Source: Octopus sinensis
Lineage: Eukaryota
Reading direction: 5' to 3'
NCBI RefSeq assembly: GCF_006345805.1
Contig: NC_042997.1
Coordinates: 183,892,001-183,956,000 of the forward strand
DNA: 64,000 bases
Shown here: positions 58,510 through 64,000 of the stretch, one piece after another
Numbering within the stretch: position 1 is the first letter of the stretch
How the letters are laid out: each line of letters opens with the position of its first letter
Notes under the pieces: generated by a model
What the model was told of the DNA's origin: nothing
The model's input: only the letters and a program-made list of their open reading frames with translations
Database searches by the model: none
Position numbers and translations under genes: made by a program

Positions 58510-58700
58510 ATATTCTAAAATTTCATGTTATTTTAATCAGTCCACCAGTATAGGATATTAAAGTCCTTCTGTAAATTATTGCATTCATCGATATTCTTGA
58601 ATGCTTTTGATATCTTCTTATTATCAGCATAGCTAGTGAGAGTAGCTGTTATAATAAAGTGAGTTGTTGCAAACAGTAATGACACCAAGACAGTTCCATG
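58510..58700 (-). mobile_element. Decayed CR1-type RT fragment
   Basis: YADNKKISKAFKNIDECNNLQKDFNILYWW resembles the CR1 FADD.K....D...LQ.DL..L..W motif. Confidence 0.55.
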
Positions 58701-58721
58701 AATCATTCTACTCAAATTTGT

Positions 58722-59364
58722 GGATCTTTACCTTTTGACCAACAGATTTAAAAATAATTTTTTGTAATTAAACACTTTCAAACTTCGGACACTGGTAGAA
58801 TGTGTCATATAAAGCATCTTTTACTCTTAGCATTTTTGATAAAAACTTATAGTTACGAAGTTATTTCACATTAAAGTTGTCCTATTTCAGTAATTTCAAC
58901 CAATCAATGACGTGTATTCAGCTGAATAAAATTACTGCCGTTGTTTGTCAACAACAACTATCGGCGGTGTATATTTCGTTTGTCACTGTTATTTATGACA
59001 TCGTTCGTGCGTTTGTACTGGTTTTAGCTTCAAGGTTTTAAGGTTAGGTTTAGGGTGTTAGGGTTAAGTTTTTAGGGTTTGGGTTGTCATAAATAATAAT
59101 GACAAACGAAATATACACCACCAGAAGTTCTCGTTGACAAACAACAGCAGTAATTTTATTCAGTTGAATACACGTCATTGATTGGTTGAAATTACTGAAA
59201 TAGGACAACTTTAACATGAAATAACTTCGTAAATATAAGTTTTTCTCAAAAATGCTAAGAGTAAAAGATGTTTTATATGACACATTCTGCCAGTGTCCAA
59301 AGTTTGAAAGTGTTTAGTTACAAAGAATTATTTTTTAAATCTGTCAGTCAAAAGGTAAAGATCC
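58722..59364. mobile_element. 643-bp foldback element of the GGATC-terminal family with ~265-bp inverted arms and a perfect 8-bp TSD
   Basis: ggatct...agatcc termini, TSD aaatttgt at 58714-58721 and 59365-59372, and a central spacer containing degenerate TTAGGG-like units. Confidence 0.9.
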
Positions 59365-62300
59365 AAATTTGTTGACTTTTGAAAGGATATCATTATCAAC
59401 AACAATTTCACTTCTATTCCTTAAGATGTCAATTAACACTGTCCTAGTTTTCCAACAATGCCGAAATGACAATGTTTGCAACATGTTCAATGACTAACTT
59501 CGTTGGAAGTCTTTACAAATGTCAAGGTATATCACCTCAACATTTGACTGGTTGAGCCTTCTAGCTTCTATTTGGAGGGAAACTGTGCAAGGACTTACCA
59601 AATAATCTTATCAGTTTCTCATGCATTATTTATTTCCTAATCATGCTGATAATTTTTTTATATATTTTATATTGGGTTTAGTGAAATAGGCCAAGCACAG
59701 GTTATTTACACTTCTCACAGCAAGAATGACATGGTATTACTTGTGCAATTCCATGTGGAATAAATACCTCACCACATTACACAGGATATTTATATTCCAA
59801 AGCACTAGATTTTTAGTTTTCTGATATATTTTGGTGAAAGATATACATATTCTTTAACAGATTTCAGTTATTAGATTGCTGCCATGCTGATGCAATGCCT
59901 TCAAGGGTTTAGGTGATTATATCAACACCAGTACTCATTTCAGTTAGGTAAATATTTTATCAATCTCTGTTTGTTGAATCACTATATTTACAGGAGATAA
60001 GGAGACAAACAACATTGGTTTTCAAACCAGTGTAAACATAAACACACACACACAAACACACAGATTTACGCAGTTTCCATCTACGAAATTGCACAAGTTG
60101 TATTGGTTTCAGTAGAAGACATATGTCCAAGTGGTGTGAAGGGAGTTATAACTAGGAACTCAAACCTCTTAGCCACACAGTTATACCAGTACCAAATGTA
60201 TCATCATCATATATATTAGCCGAGGTACCTGGTATTGCCTGGGTGCTTAACATATAGAAACATGTCTTTATTATTAAACTAAATGATTTAACTAATAGAA
60301 AGTTACTATTTAGTTCTTTTAGTATAAAATCTTTTTGACAATTAAAGCTATAGAATATCAATGTTTGTATGCATATATATATACATACATACATACATAC
60401 ATATATCATCATCATCATCGTTTAACGTCCGTTCTCCATGCTAGCATGGGTTATATATATATATATATATATATATGTTGGGGCAAGCGAAATCGAAATC
60501 GAATTGAACCAGCCAGGATCCCTGGTCTGGTGGTACGTAAAAAGCACTATCCGACTCGTGGCCGATGCCAGCACCGCCTCGACTGGCTTCCGTGCCGGTG
60601 GCACATAAAATACACCAATCTGACCGTGGCCGTTGCCAGCCCCGCCTGGCACCTGTGCAGGTGGCACGTAAAAAGCACCCACTACACTCACGGAGTGGTT
60701 GGCGTTAGGAAGGGCATCCAGCTGTAGAAACATTGCCAAATTAGACTGGAGCCTGGTGCAGCCTTCTGGCTTCCCAGAACCCCGGTCGAACCGTCCAACC
60801 CATGCTAGCATGGAGAACGGACGTTAAACGACGATGATGATGATGATGATGACACACACACACACACACACAAACATTGATATTCTATAGTTTCTGTCTT
60901 CATATTCCATTTACAAAATATTGGTTCACCTATAGTCAAACAGATGACACTTGCCCAAGGTGCTGCACAGTGGGACTAAACCATGTACATATTTTGAGAC
61001 CCCCTTTCTCTGGTCTTTTCATCATCCTGAAGTACTGTGTCTGATATCACAATGTTTTTTTATATATTTTCTTTCAAGAAATCATCACATCCAAGACTTA
61101 GTGTGAAAATGACTACAAAACTTTTGATATACAAGTAAAACAACTGAATACTAAAATTTTCCATTGAAATGGAAATTAAAGTAAAATAGGAATTTTTAAA
61201 GAATTATCAGCACTAAAATAATCTGTCATTTGAAATATATTTAAATGTTTGTAGGAAAGATTAAAAGACAACAATTTAATATTTAATGAAATAAAAGTAT
61301 TGAATAAATTAGAAAAAAAAAACTATATTTATCAATTATTTCATGGTGATAAATGGTTTGAGATAACTTACAGGGGAGAAAACTAGCATCTTCAGCTGTT
61401 GGCTGAGTTATTCCAGATACTGTTTGCTGAAACAAATAGAAAAAAATTCTATTAGGATTCTGTTGTGTGGACGCCCCCAGATGATGAAGTAGGCTATCCC
61501 AATATGTAGATATAGAGGGAGAAGTCTAGATGTCGGGAGTTGAGTAGAGGTCATCGGAACGTGCAATATAACAGTGGCGACGAGGATTTTGTAGCACACA
61601 CAGCCACTGTGTAGTATTGCGATATAACAGATTCTTATCTCATATGAAATACAATGTTCATATTTTGTTTAGAAAAATTTACTTCAATTGTTTTTATAAT
61701 TTCCAAGTCCATTATGAAACATTTCAAATTCATTACTTTGCTATGTTAGGCTTATGGTTGTATAATAGTAAACTTCTAATATAGACTACTTTTCATAAAG
61801 AGAGTATAGTGAAATTATCTGAATCTCTTTCAATGATAATGCTAAGGCTTATTCTTTTCAAAATCAGAGAAACATGAGCATTAAATGCTGTAGATGTAGG
61901 AAGCTGCAGCCCCATCAAATGTGTAATGACCATCAGATCCCTGTTGACATTCCACTTATAGCTGACTTTTTAGGAATGAATGAGCAACCACTACTCATCT
62001 ACATTATACTCATGAGCAAGAGTTGCCTGACTGAATTAACATCTTTACTCAGTAGACATCCATCTTCACAAGAGAACCATTCTTTGAATTCCTCTGGCAG
62101 CTGCAGAAAGCACAAATTTTAATATCACATTATAGTAGATTCCATTCAATTAAATTTGAATCATTAAGCTATACTGGACTCTTGAACTTTTACATCGCTA
62201 TATAAGATTAAACCAGTGAAGCTTGGATGTTAATATCCCTTTTATGAGGTAACTGTATACTCAAAATAGCTAATACATATATCATCATCATTTAATGTCC

Positions 62301-64000
62301 GTTTTCCATGCTAACATGGGTTGGATGGTTTGACCGGGGTCTGGGAAGCCAAGAGGCTGCACCAGGCTCCAGTCTGATCTGGCAGTGTTTCTACAGCTGG
62401 ATGCCCTTCCTAATGCCAACCACTCCATGAGTGTAGTGGGTGCTTTTTACATGCCACCGGCACAGGGTCCAGAGGAGACTGGCAATGGCCACAATCGGTT
62501 GGTGCTTTTTATATGCCACAAGCACGGACACCAATCAAACTGGCGCTGGCATTGGCCACATTCGGATGGTGCTTTTTATGTGCCACCGGCATGGGTATCA
62601 CAATTACAATTTCCATTTGATTTTTATTTTGATGTTGATGTACTTGACTCAATAGGTCTCCTCAAGCACAGCAGGTTGCCCAATGATCCAAGGTAAGCAC
62701 AGCAGGTCGTTCTGCGAGCCATGGACTCACTTCATTTGTCGGGTCGTTATCATGCATACACACATTATCATTTACTTTTAACTCATACTTCAACGTACAC
62801 ATACTGACCATGCTTTAATAAAAATAGTTTTCTGTGGAGTCAATGTTTATTGTAAGAGCCCTTTATGAAATTTTAAGTTTTTCTCATCTTATACACAAAG
62901 TTATTATTACAACATATCAGGTATACCTGAAGTCTAATATATTTTTAAGGAGTTAAACCCTTGATTGCTAATTTAACAAGAAGAAATGAATCTGTTAAAA
63001 ATAATGAATGTAGGTGTAATACCTGCTTTAAGTCATGGTTTATTGCTGCATTTATGATTTGTTTCACATGAATTTTCTGTTCATTAAACATGAGTGAAAG
63101 CGCTCTATAGAGAGTGCTAACTTCTTTGTTGAGTTTTTCATTAAAATATTTACCTGAAACAAAATATTTCACATGAGAGAAAAAGTATGTTTTACTTTCA
63201 AGTCAATAATATATTAATCATCAACAGCAATATAAACATTATTTTAATATTCATAATTCTCTTAAGCTGGCAGAATCTAAATGCTGAGTAAAATGCTTAG
63301 TGGTATTTCATCCTTCTTTACATTCTCATTTCAAATTCCACTGAGGCTGACTTTGCCTTTTATCTTTTCAGGGTCAATAAAATAGGTACTATTTGAATAC
63401 TGGGGATGATGTAACTGACTTATCACCTCCCCCAAAATTGCTGGCCTTGTGCCAAAATTTGAAACCAATATTCATCGTTCTCCATGCTTGGGTTTGATAA
63501 ATCTGTAATATTGCATTGCTTCTTTCTTTTTGATCTTGCATCATCTCATGTAGATTAATCTAATCATTCATCTCACGTCTTTCTTTGTCTGTCTTCCCCA
63601 CAGATACATTTCCCCATCTACTTGCAGTATCATTTCACTCAATATGCTTCATTCTCATTAAATTAGACATTACTAAATGTATCTGATTTCCAACCCCCTT
63701 CCTCAACCATCTTGTAATCTATCTTTCTCATAAATCTGTTGTATATCCAAAGGACCATACTCTATTTATTTCTCTTCGGTTGCTGCAGCTCTTATTTTAC
63801 TTCCATACATTATCACACATCTCAGATACTCTTTCTTTTGCCTATATCTGCTTCCCTAAGTATTTATATCATCTAAAAAACAGAAATATTACTTGAGCGT
63901 GGCCGTTGCCAGTACCGCCTGACTGGCCCTCGTGCCGGTGGCACTTAAAAGCATCCACTACACCCTTGGAGTGGTTGGCATTAGGAAGGGCATCCAGCTG

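Noticed and set aside
59035-59085. Interstitial telomere or chromosome-fusion scar
   Set aside because: Only a few degenerate TTAGGG units, forming the spacer of a transposon with TIRs and a TSD.
61450-61612. CpG-rich, coding-looking stretch
   Set aside because: The best plus frame has two in-frame stops, there are no convincing splice sites, and no homology was recognised.

Overview
AT-rich, repeat-dense metazoan genomic DNA. The tRNA-SINE/RTE repeat landscape suggests an octopus or other cephalopod (inference, not a database result). Three protein-coding genes are supported. (1) SURF1, the cytochrome c oxidase assembly factor: 9 exons on the minus strand, 347-23659, 298 aa. (2) PFDN6, prefoldin 6: 4 exons on the plus strand, 27634-34060, 126 aa, head-to-head with SURF1. 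(3) A 1323-aa ORF with 11 C2H2 zinc fingers in one large coding exon (48497-52468). Most of the remaining sequence is transposon-derived: a near-full-length RTE LINE with a PHD finger inside SURF1 intron 6, many truncated RTE 3' ends, several tRNA-SINE families, CR1, R4/Dong-like, CRE-like and BovB-like LINE fossils, two TTAA piggyBac-like MITE families, a GGATC-terminal MITE family with 8-bp TSDs, a Tc2-like MITE, a DD41D (rosa-type) transposon fossil, and Helitron and Helentron-like elements. The most striking observation is a TSD-flanked SINE copy carrying about 95 nt of 18S rRNA. The only mismatch in its 45-nt invariant core falls on the hypermodified m1acp3-pseudouridine position, a possible fossil footprint of reverse transcription of mature rRNA.
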